Part shown: positions 1 through 10,013 of the stretch, piece by piece
Numbering within the stretch: position 1 is the first letter of the stretch
How the letters are laid out: every line of letters starts with the position of its first letter
Assembly (NCBI RefSeq): GCF_000281045.1
Contig: NW_008246100.1
Location: forward strand, 306,408 to 333,241
Length of the DNA: 26,834 nt
DNA from: Saprolegnia diclina VS20
Lineage: Eukaryota
Reading direction: 5' to 3'
Notes under the pieces: generated by a model
What the model was told of the DNA's origin: nothing
What the model saw: the letters and a program-made list of their open reading frames with translations, nothing else
Database searches by the model: none
Position numbers and translations under genes: made by a program

Positions 1-434
1 TCATCTGCATATATGGTGTCAATACATACATGGCTGAATGCGCGTAGCGTACGGTGGCGAGCTTGGACTCCCATTCGTAGTCGAGCTTTTGGTTTTGAAG
101 CAGGAGCGATTGGCCAATGCGCGCTGCGAGCTGCGTCTCCTCTTGGGCTTCCTCGAGCGCCTTGGATTGGCGCTGGAGCTCCGTCTCGAGAATTTCCACC
201 TGGCGCATGCTAGCGTGAACCAGAATGGACTAGCGGTGCCATGGACTACCTTTTGGTCGGTCGAGATCTTGGCGAGCTCGAGCCGCCCGCCGACGCCGAT
301 GGACTTGACCCGCCGATGGCTTCGCTTGGCCTACGTGCGCCTGAGCGAAGCATGGTGCGACGCCGTCGTACCGCTGTCGTTGGGTGCACGAGCGCGCTCA
401 CTTCGTCCCGGTCCTCGTCGCTGGTGCTGTCCAT
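1..434 (-). CDS. Coiled-coil protein with HAP1/TRAK/BICD-type CC1-box, 5' part only (runs off the window edge)
   Basis: ATG at 434. GT-AG introns at 249..210 (40 nt) and 52..5 (48 nt) join MDSTSDEDRD...PRSRPTKS-MRQVEILETELQRQSKALEEAQEETQLAARIGQSLLLQNQKLDYEWESKLAT in frame. LAARIGQSLL matches the HAP1_N/TRAK motif. Confidence 0.7.
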
Positions 435-1229
435 GCGAGCGGCTGTTGCGATCTTTATCAGTCCCTTCGATAGTCGAAGGCAAAAACGAAGATACAAAAA
501 GCGAAGATCGAAGCTAGAAGTATCCACGTGGCATGGCCATGATGCACTCCACCACCAGTGCAGCCAATCATGCACGCGGACCGTCACGGACCAATCAGAG
601 GCCGCTTCAGAAGGTGTTGAGCTTGAGCTCGTCCGCGCATTGGGACGCCAACGAGGATACCATCCCAGCAATTGGGCTTAGCGCAGGAGCGAGAGCCGTA
701 GGCTCATACAAGTGCATCCCGGGCGCTTGTTCCCACATCGCTCACGCGTGGCGGTGCGTCCGCGTCGCAGAGACTCATGCGACGCGCGCATGACGCACCT
801 CCAAGTGGATGAGCCCTTGATGATGACCCAGAGAGCCTGCAGCACACAGATTCGGTATGCTAACGAACATGTCGGCCACGCGTACGTTGTCTGCGCGATC
901 GCAGTCAAACAGAGGAATACAGAGAGATGCGCAAAACGAGCCGACGATAAGCGCCATGACATCGTAACGTCGCTACGGCGTGGGTATGAGAGTCTCCTGG
1001 ACTCTCTTTCCGCGCCTTTGTGGAGAGCTCTCACGCGTCGTACATTGGCTGCTCGAGCATCCACACTGAGTTTGAACTGCCTCGTGGCGAGGAGGCGACA
1101 ACTCCATACACTGTATTCCACGTGCAACCAACTTTTGTCGACCACGGTCTATGCCCCTAGACGCTGCTTGTTTGTGCAGCGCGTCCTACTGTGCAGCGGA
1201 GTCGTCGGATCGAGAGACCCGTCGATGTC

Positions 1230-1279
1230 CAAGCTGCCGCCTCACGACGACAAGCTGCCGCCTCACGACGACAAGCTGC
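1230..1279. repeat. 21-bp tandem repeat (caagctgccgcctcacgacga, about 2.4 copies)
   Basis: Exact units at 1230-1250 and 1251-1271, partial unit at 1272-1279. Confidence 0.9.
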
Positions 1280-1498
1280 AATGGCATCTCCATTTAGCAC
1301 CATATATGAAACCGTCCTCATCTTCCCGTTCTGCGACGATGAGACCGCGTAGACGCGATGTTCAAGGTTATAAGAACGTAGAGGTTTACGCACCCGCTCC
1401 ATCTGGTGTGCACTGGCATTGGTGCCGGTCTGATCGTTGACGTATGGATTGTGAGAGGTTTCTGGACTGACTGAGTCGTTCGCTCACAAGAAGAAGAG

Positions 1499-2139
1499 AT
1501 GCAGTCGGCCGACTCGCGCGAATACAAGCTCGTGGTGCTCGGCAGCGGCGGCGTCGGCAAGTCCGCGCTCGTCATCCGCCTCGTCACCGACAACTTCCTC
1601 GAGGACTACGACCCGACGATCGGTACGGGAAGATGCAACGACGCTGGAAGGTTGACCGTTTGTATGTAGAGGACAGCTACCGCAAGCAGGTCGTGATCGA
1701 CCAAAAGCAGGCGCTTCTCGACATCCTCGACACGGCCGGCCAGGAAGAGTACACGACGATGCAGGACCAGTGGATGCGCGAAGGCAAGGGCTTCCTCCTC
1801 GTGTACAGCATCACGAGCCGGACGACGTTTGACGAGATCAAGACGTTCAAGGACAAGATCCTGCGCGCCAAGGACACGAACCGCGTCTCGATGGTGCTCG
1901 TCGGCAACAAGTGCGATCTCGAGCGCAACCGCGACGTGAGCTTCGCCGAAGGCCAAGCGCTCGCGCGCGAGTGGGGCTGCCCCTTCATGGAGACGTCGGC
2001 GAAGGAGCGCATCCAGAACGAAGACTGCTTCTTCCAGGTCGTGCGCGAGATCCGCACCATGGACGCGCCCAAGAAGGCGCCGACGACCAAGAAGCCGAGC
2101 CCGGCCAAAGAGAAGAAGTCGTTCTGTACCATCTTGTAA
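1499..2139 (+). CDS. ras: Ras-family small GTPase
   Basis: Exon 1 (1499..1622) encodes [24 protein letters not shown]...YDPTI; intron 1623..1669. Exon 2 encodes [19 protein letters not shown] and ETSAK, then a polybasic tail and the CAAX box CTIL. Confidence 0.96.
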
Positions 2140-2203
2140 TCGCTCTCTATATAGTAATATCTCTATGTCCACGCAAACGATATTGCATTAGATAGATCGT
2201 CGA

Positions 2204-4877
2204 TTACACGAGGATCCCGTGGTTGTACTTTATCCGATAGAGCATGATGTCGGGCGGGCACTCCTTCATGTACTGCGTGAGCCACCCGAGCATCTCCGAC
2301 TCGGACGAGCCAAAGTCCTCAAGGTAGACGCTAAAGAGCTTTGGGAGGCGCACCGTGCGTGGCACCGTCTCGACGCTTACGTGGCGCTCGCAGTACGCCT
2401 TCATCGCCTGCTCCAAGTCCGTGTCGGTGCGACCGGGCCGCAGAATCACCGCCTCGGTCGGCGTCGCCAACGGCGCGCAAAACTCGAGCAGCGCGAGGAG
2501 CGACCGCGGGTCGCGCGTCCGGAAGCAGTACGCGATGCGGGGGTCGTGGTTCTCGAGCTGGCGGCCCCAGAACGCCGAGGGCGGCTTCCGGTTGCTGCGA
2601 AGGATGCCATGGCGAATGTCGGCCAGCGAAAACGTCAGGCCCCCTACACCAAATATTGTATCAACTTGATACAACAAGGAGACACGTACCGAGCCGGTAG
2701 ACCATGTCTTTCTCAAAGGCCTTGTACTGGTCGGACGTGTGCGGCACGCTGAGCTCGATCGCGCCGTGGAGCACCATGGTGTTATAAATATTGATGAAGA
2801 ACGTCTGCCGGTCCTTCGTGGTGAGCTTGGCGAGGTCCACGAGCTGGAGCTTGGCGATCGTCTTGAGGAAGAGTCGGTAGAGACCGGCGCCCGAGTAGTC
2901 GACGTCCGGCGGCGGGTACGACCAGTTGAGCGCAATGCCGTGGGGAAACTTGGCGTGGCTATGGAGCTCGGCCGCGAGCGCGCGCGCTTCGAGGCAGACT
3001 TCCATCGGGCTCACGTCCATGTGCGACGCAATGTAGCGCAGGTTCCGCGCTTGGCCGACTTCGTCGACCTGGAAGCGGAAGAGCGCATCTTCCACCGGCC
3101 CGCCGCGCGTCCATTCGAGCGTCCGCTCGAGCGCCCGCGGGTGCTGCGCCGATACAATGTGCAGCGCTTCGCTCAAGACGAGCTCCTTGATGGCCGCAAG
3201 CCCCATGTCGTAAATCTCACGCTCGGGCTTGAGCGGGTTGGCCTTGTTTTCGCGGTAGTCGCGCACGAATGCGGCTGCGATCTCGCGCCCCGGGGCACAA
3301 TGGGCCACAGACGAAAAGTACCCAAGGCGGTGCGTGGCGACGTGGGTCCGGGCGCGCAGCCGGTCGGCGAGCGTCTCTTGGAGCGCGTGGGACCGGTGGT
3401 GCGACGCATTGTAGTCGTCCCCGTGCTTCGCGAGCTCGGGCGCCGCGAGGCCGACGACCTGCGACGACAGCGCAATTTCGCGGAGGCTGCTGTCGGGCGG
3501 CGGCGACGGCATTGCGAGCGGCTGCTGTGGCGGCGCTTGCGGCAGGAACGGGTTGACGCCGCTGAGCGCAATCGCCGGTTGGTTCATCTTGGCCTCGGTC
3601 TCGAGCGCGAGCTCGAACTCCACCGCGTGGTCGGCCAAGAAGGCCTGGATCGGGGCTTGGACAAACGGGAAGCGGCAAATGTCTTCGATCGACGGGCGCT
3701 TGTTCGGGTCTTGCTGCAGCATGAGCTGGATGAGCAGTCGGAGCTCCTTTGAAAAAAAAGGCGGCAGCGGCGGGTAGTCGCCGAGGCAGATCTTGTTGAA
3801 CATCTCCTGGAGCGTCATGGCTTCAAACGGCCGGGCGAGCATTGCCATTTCGTAGAGGACGCAGCCGAGCGACCAAATGTCCGACTTTTTTCCGTAGCGC
3901 TCGCCGCGGCAGATCTCGGGCGACATGCTTTCGGGGGTCCCGACCGACGTCATGGCCGTGTCGTCGCCGGCGAGCGCCTTGGAAATACCAAAGTCGCCCA
4001 GTTTGACCACGTGCTTGCGCGTCAAAAACACGTTCTGCGCCTTCAGGTCGCGGTGCAAGACGTTCTTGCCGTGGATGTACGAGACGGCGAGCACGAGCTG
4101 CGCAAACCACGACATGATGAGCGGCTCGGGGAAGTACCCGGCGTTCGCTTTCGTGCGGAGCTTGGCGACTTGGCGGAGGTTGCCGCCGTCGCAAAACTCC
4201 ATGACAATGTTGAGCTCGTCGTTCTGGAGCACAAAACTGTCGTAGAAGCGGACAATGTTGACGTGGTAGAGCGACTTGAGCAAGATGACTTCGTTGTCGG
4301 CCTGCTTGCGGCTGCTCTCGCTCGCGGCAGAGAGAGGCACGCGCTTGACGGCCACGATCGCGCCGTCATGCTTGCGCCGGGCCATGACGACCGTGCCATG
4401 CGTGCCCTTTCCGATCGTGCGGAGCACCTCAATGTCGCGCCACACGCTCTGCGTCGCGGCCGTGTTGAGGCGCATTCCTTCCATGTGGCTCTGCCGTGCG
4501 AGCCACACGTGGCGCACGAGCGTCTTGGCCGTGTTGTACTGGATCGGCTTGATCAGGTAGTCCTTCGCGCCCTTCGAGAGACAGGACGTGACAACGTCCA
4601 TCTCTTCGTTCGACGAGGTCATGACGATGGGAATGTGGGCGAGGCTGTCCTCCTTCGCCACGCACTCGAGCAGCTGGATGCCTGTGAGCACTGGCAGCAT
4701 GACGTCGCAGAGCACGAGGTCAAAGCCCATGGGCGCGCTGACCATGGCCGTGAGCGCGTCGCCGCCGTTCTCGACCGCCGTCACGCGGTAGCCGATGCTC
4801 ATGAGGATGTCGATCGTCGCCATGCGCGTGAACTCATCGTCCTCGACGACGAGGACGTGGACTTCGGACGGATTCAT
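2204..4877 (-). CDS. Multidomain kinase: response-regulator receiver + NEK-like Ser/Thr kinase + DEP-like segment + DUF547
   Basis: Likely start MNPSEVHVLVVEDD at 4877. Receiver motifs: VVEDD, DLVLCDVMLP, IVMTSS, GAKDYLIKP. Kinase motifs: GKGTHG, VAVK, HRDLKAQN, KLGDFGISK, KSDIWSLGC. DUF547-like motifs: QTFFINIYNTMVLHG, FSLADIRHGILRSNRKPP, DPR, VRLPKLFSVYLEDFG. One intron at 2689..2644 restores the frame; stop at 2206..2204. Confidence 0.88.
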
Positions 4878-5502
4878 TCCGTCGGTCGCGTGCGAAGCGA
4901 GAGAGATGCAAAGTTGGTCGTACCCCGGGGCCAACAGCCATTTCCTAACCCGCGCGGTGATTGGCCAAAATGGTTGCAAATCCGGACTGACGCCATCGCC
5001 GCTTGTTCCTTTGCCGTTCTCAGCGATCTCGACACTGGTATCCGGACCCGTCCACGGCGCAGGTTTATGTTCCGGCTTGAGCTTTGGCCGCCGCCGAGTA
5101 CTGTGTACTAGCAGCAGCTGCACCGAGGTAAACCTTGCGACGACGCCTCCATCGTCGTACAATGTAAGTTCTGATTGCCTTCTTGTATGGTACCGAGTCG
5201 TTAACAGGGTGGTTTGCCCGTCGATATTGACGCCAGCACGCGCGCTGGCCATCGAGAACGACCTTGGGTGCATGCCGCCTTTCTTCCGAGCTTTTGACAC
5301 GCTTCTGCACGTTGCAGCTGGGGAGGACGAGAGCATCGAAGGTCGCTGGAAATTCCATGGTTTATTATTTAACGAAACGAGCGCTGGCAATCGTTTAGAC
5401 TGGATCATTGTATGAAAAGTAGGCTTAAGTAACGTCACGTGCAGACAGGCCGTATCCCACGCGTGTCTAACACACCATTTTTCGAAGCGCCGCGGCCGAG
5501 CG

Positions 5503-6231
5503 ATGGCGAGCACGGAGAGCGCGCGGCAGTCGGGCACCGCCGCCGCCATGCTCTGCCTTGGGGTGCACGCGATCGTCTTCTGGCTCCTCCGTGTGATGGC
5601 GCTGACCTCGCACATCCTCGCTGCCGCCTTCGCCGTCGTCAGTACGTCGCCTGCCTCTGCCACACTTGTGTGCTCAAGCCTGCGTAGGCCTGCCGCTCTG
5701 CTTGAAACTCACGTACGACGTCGTGGCCATGTGCATGGACGACGAGCCGCCGTCGTCGGCGCGGGGCGAGCGCCAGCAACTCCTCTTGTCCCGCGCCCAC
5801 CTCCAGCTGCTTCTCACGGACCGTGACTTCGACTCGAACGGTAGCACGATTGCCACCGACCTTGGCGTGCGACTCACCGCGATGTTCTATAGATTACGAG
5901 CAGCTGCTGCAGCTCGACGACCACAACGTGGCCAAATCCCATGGCGCCAGCGAAGGCGACATTGACCGGCTGCCTGTCGTGACCGTGACGTACGTCGATC
6001 CACCCTGGCGCACGCGCGTGCGACGTGCTGTGTAGGGAAACGATGCTCCAGAGCCACAAAGAGGCCACGGGCTATGAGACCATCCAGTGCTCCATCTGTC
6101 TCGAAGACCTCGCCGTCGGCGCCCAAGCGCGCATGGTCCCGTGCTTCCATCGCTTCCACCCGCAGTGCATCGATCCGTGGCTCGTCGAGAAGGCCGAGTG
6201 CCCCATTTGCAAATTCCCGGCCATCGGCTAA
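5503..6231 (+). CDS. Membrane-anchored RING-H2 E3 ubiquitin ligase, SDIR1-like
   Basis: Introns at 5642..5687, 5841..5892 and 5990..6035 give a continuous frame. Hydrophobic N-terminus, an LQLLLTDRDFDSNDYEQLLQLD segment, and a C-terminal C3H2C3 ring CSICLE...PCFHRFHPQCIDPWL...CPICK. Confidence 0.9.
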
Positions 6232-6296
6232 GAACTGAGCTCTGTATTTATTTGTTGCTGTTAACCAACGTCCTTTGTATCCTTTAGTTGGTGACT

Positions 6297-6355
6297 AGTC
6301 ATCGATCCGCCAGACAGGTTGTCCAAGTCATCGATCCGCCAGACAGGTTGTCCAA
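6297..6355. repeat. 29-bp perfect tandem duplication (agtcatcgatccgccagacaggttgtcca x2)
   Basis: Identical units at 6297-6325 and 6326-6354, in the intergenic space upstream of the DYRK-like gene. Confidence 0.92.
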
Positions 6356-6474
6356 CTTCAAGGACCCGAGTCCCTCCCACAATGGATCAAATTGTTCGCA
6401 CTTTAAGATCTGATTACCTCTAAAATGCAATACTATTCGCCACGACCAAACCTCAAGGTGGCATAATTCGGGCG

Positions 6475-8437
6475 ATGTGGATTGCGCCCGACGCGACGCA
6501 GGCAGGACGCAGCAAGGAAGAGAGGAGGCCGGCAACCGACCCGCCGAGGAGAGCGATCGCCCGCGTGCCATCGATAGACGCCGGCGGCGACGCGGGCGAG
6601 GACCCAAGAGCGCTGGTGTCGCTCCTCGAGCGCGTCCTGCAAAAGATCTCGTCGATCCCGGGGGCACTTGAAGCCATCTCGTCGGATCCAGCGCTCTTGT
6701 GCGAGCTGCAGCAACACGAGCTGCTCTTCTACCCGAGCAGCACGCCGACGCGAACGTCGCTGTCCGCGCTCGACAGCAACGTGGTACCTCTTGGTGAGTT
6801 GCAGTCGAGCCAACAAGAGCTGATGGGCGACGACGATGGCGACGACTTTCCTGTCGCCTTTGCGCCGCCGCAGCACAAGCCAGCGTCGTCGTCCAACGTC
6901 GCGATCCCTGCAATGGCGCTGCTGCCACCGCCGCCCATGTCGGCTTCGCTTGCGTCCAACTCGCCGAGCTTCTCGATGGGCATGCTCAGCATGTCGCCAG
7001 GTACGTACTCGCAGGACGGCGAACCGGTCTCTGCGCTCTGGCCACGCCAGCCCAACGAGTTTGCCTTTACGCAAGAGGACGAGAGCAAAGAAGACGAGCT
7101 CTACAATGAAGTGCTTTGCTCGGACGACGACGACGACCACGATGCGAGCAAGGTGTTTGAGATGGACATGGAAGAGGACGACGATGCGCCGTTTTTGCAC
7201 GATGCGACCGCCGTCCTGCGCGACGAAGAGACGCTGCAAGACGACGACGATGACGACGACGACGACGGGGACGACGCCGAGATCCAGTACGAGACCATGC
7301 GCCTGCGCATCGTGCGCGAGAAGAACAAGACGGGCTTTGAGCCGAGCCAAGAGTGGGAAGCCCACGCCGGCGTGCTCCTCGGCGGGCAATACAGCGTGCG
7401 TCGCTCCGGCATTTCTCGATATTTGACGTTACGTAGATCCACGGGCTCATTGGCGAGGCCGTGTTTAGCCAAACGTACAAGGCGACCGACACGCGGACGG
7501 GGCAGCTCGTGTGTCTCAAGGTCATCAAGAACAACAAGGAGTACTTTGACCAAGGCCTCGACGAGATCCGCGTCCTCGAGTACATGCGCAACAGCGTCGA
7601 CGACATTGACGCCGTCCACGTCTTGCGCCTCCTCGACTGTTTTTACTACAAGGAGCACCTGATCTTGGTCACCGAGGTACGACGACTTGATACCTTGATA
7701 CTACAACGTATCGGGTAGCTCTTGCGCGACAACTTGTACGAATTCTCGCGCCTCGTCCGGACGCAGCCGGACGCGTCCGCCCTCAGCGCGTACTTTACGC
7801 TGCCGCGGCTCAAGAAGATTGCGCTCGAGTGTCTCGAGGCGCTTGCGTTTCTGCACCGCCAGCACATTGTGCACTGCGACCTCAAGCCCGAGAACATTGT
7901 CATGAAGAGCGTTCAGAGATGCGAGATCAAGGTCATCGACTTTGGCTCGGCGTCCTTTGTCTCGGACGAGCTCACGTTCTACGTCCAGTCGCGCTCGTAC
8001 CGCGCGCCCGAGGTACTGCCTCGCTGGGTGTTCCTCGTGCATACTACCTAGTGTAGGTCATTCTCGGCCGCCGCTACGATGAAAAAGTCGATGTGTGGTC
8101 GCTCGGGTGCATCTTGGCCGAGCTCTACACGGGCCACGTGCTCTTTGCGAACGACTCGGTGGTCTCGCTCCTCGGACGCATGATGAGCATCCTCGGCGCA
8201 TTCCCAACCTCGATGCTGCGGTCGTCGCCGGACGTCGCCAAGTACTTCGACGCCGACTTTGTCTTGCGGTCGCCAGTGCCCCCGAAAACGTCGCTGTGGC
8301 ACGTCCTCCACTGCGCCGACCACCTCTTCATCGACTTTCTGCAGTCGCTCTTGACGGTCGACCCGAGTTTGCGCGTGACGGCGGCCGTCGCGATCCAGCA
8401 CCCGTGGCTCCAGACCAACGTCTTTGGCCGCCACTGA
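6475..8437 (+). CDS. DYRK-family (DYRKP-like) dual-specificity kinase
   Basis: Introns at 7396..7436, 7677..7718 and 8013..8056. Acidic N-terminal region, then RLRIVREKNKTGFE, GEAVFS, VCLKVIKNNKEYFDQGLDEI, HCDLKPEN, IDFGSA, YVQSRSYRAPEVILG and DVWSLGCILAEL. Start codon is less certain. Confidence 0.9.
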
Positions 8438-8475
8438 CGATTCAATGACGCTTCGACTTGGTTTATACTTGGGAC

Positions 8476-9844
8476 TTAGTTTTTCACGTCAGTGATGGGC
8501 GGGAACGGCGTCACTTTCGAGAGCACGAGCACCTTGAGGCGGTGTGAGATGTAGCCCTTGATGTAGTTTTTGAAAATGAGGTTGGCGAGAAGACACTCGA
8601 GCGCGTCCATGTCGATCTCCGACATGTTGAGGTACGCGATCGCGTTCTGGAGGTCGGTGAGCTTGACGTGGTTGTGTTTCTCGCGGACAAGGTACACCTT
8701 CTTGAAGAGGTTGCGCATGACGAAGGGCTTGAGCTTCTCCATGAGGAGGTAGACACCGCGCTGGATAAACTTGTCTTGGTATTGCGCCATCGACTAGACA
8801 CAGCCCCAGGACATGTCGCAACATGATCGTCGATGTCGTCTCTACCTGGTTGAAGAGCGCGACGTTGCCAACGCGAATCGCGTCGGCAATGCCCTTGTAC
8901 TCGTCGAGCGCATAGTCGTCCAGGAGCTGCGGCGACGGCATGGTGCCAGAGCTGAGCTTGATGGGCACGAGGAATTGCAGAATCATGCTACGTAGAGGAT
9001 GTATATCGATAGGACGCGGATCGAGGGCGTACCGCTTGTTGCGGCTGTACTGCTTGTGGCAGTGCTGCCACGCGTACATGAGGCACGTCTCGGCCTTGAC
9101 GTAGTTGTCTTCAAACATGTTGATGCGGCCGACGTAAAACATGTACGTCACTTGGTCGCGCTTCTCGAACCGGTTGAAGTCCATGAGGTCGATCGCGCGG
9201 ATGAGGTTGCGGCAGAGCGGGATCGTGTTGAGCTGGAAGTAGATCTTGAAGAGCTGGTTCACGACGTAGAGCGTGCCGGGCTTCTTGCTCAGCTCGGGCG
9301 ACGCGCGGTCGTTGCTCGACATGGAGAACGCGCGCTTGATGTTTTGCTCGGCGTTTCGCTACGCGTCGCGATAGCATCGAAGAGGCGAGGCGCACCACGT
9401 ACCAGCGTGTCCTGGACTTGGTTGCCGCGCTCGTTCGAGATCTCGAGGTCCGCTTTCAGTGCGAGCATGCGCGCATCGTACACGAGCGTGTGCAGCACGG
9501 GCATGATCCAGTTGGTCTCTTCGCGGTAAATGTCGAGAAAATCGCTGCACATGCATGAGACCAAAGTCCAGGAAGAGCGCAACGTACGTGTAGCCAGCAA
9601 TGTGCTCGTCGTACGCTTGCTGGAACCGGCCGTTCTGCGCATGCCGCTTGGACTTGAAGAGCGCGGCCATGACCTTGGCGTACGCCTGCAAGCCGCCCGT
9701 GAAGGCCGCTTGGCACTGGCCCGTGAGCGCGATGTCGGTCTCATTGACGGTCAAATCGAAGGACGCCGAGAGGATCTGCGCCAGCCGGTCGCTCTGCTTG
9801 CGCTGGAGACAGCCCGCGATCTCCTTGATGACGGCTGCGCTCAT
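8476..9844 (-). CDS. PCID2: PCI domain-containing protein 2 (PCID2/THP1/CSN12-like)
   Basis: Multi-exon gene. Contains SKKPGTLYVVNQLFKIYFQLN..LCRNLIRAI, VTYMFYVGR, ILQFLVPIKL, GVYLLMEKLK, and the C-terminal ECLLANLIFKNYIKGYISH..VLVLSK..PFP typical of PCID2. Confidence 0.92.
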
Positions 9845-10013
9845 GCTTTGTGTGGTTCTTGGCCAACCCGAATTACACTATTCCAGTGCTTTTTCGACGG
9901 CCGGAACTGGTGTCAACGTCTAATTCCACGCAATTTGTCCGTAGATCAAAGGGAGTCCACGATGACAAACAGAGGGAAAATGGCGTGTTTTTAGATGTCC
10001 AATCAACAACAGT

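Noticed and set aside
712..1440. 242-aa plus-strand ORF upstream of Ras
   Set aside because: No family motif and it lacks the C/G third-position bias of real genes here, so it is unsupported.
4878..5663. 262-codon N-terminal extension of the 1000-aa kinase ORF
   Set aside because: It has no recognisable motifs, has weak codon bias and overlaps the RING gene on the opposite strand. The receiver domain begins cleanly at Met 4877. An upstream exon cannot be fully excluded.
6297..6355. 29-bp repeat as a CRISPR-like array
   Set aside because: Only two adjacent copies with no spacer, no cas genes and a eukaryotic context.
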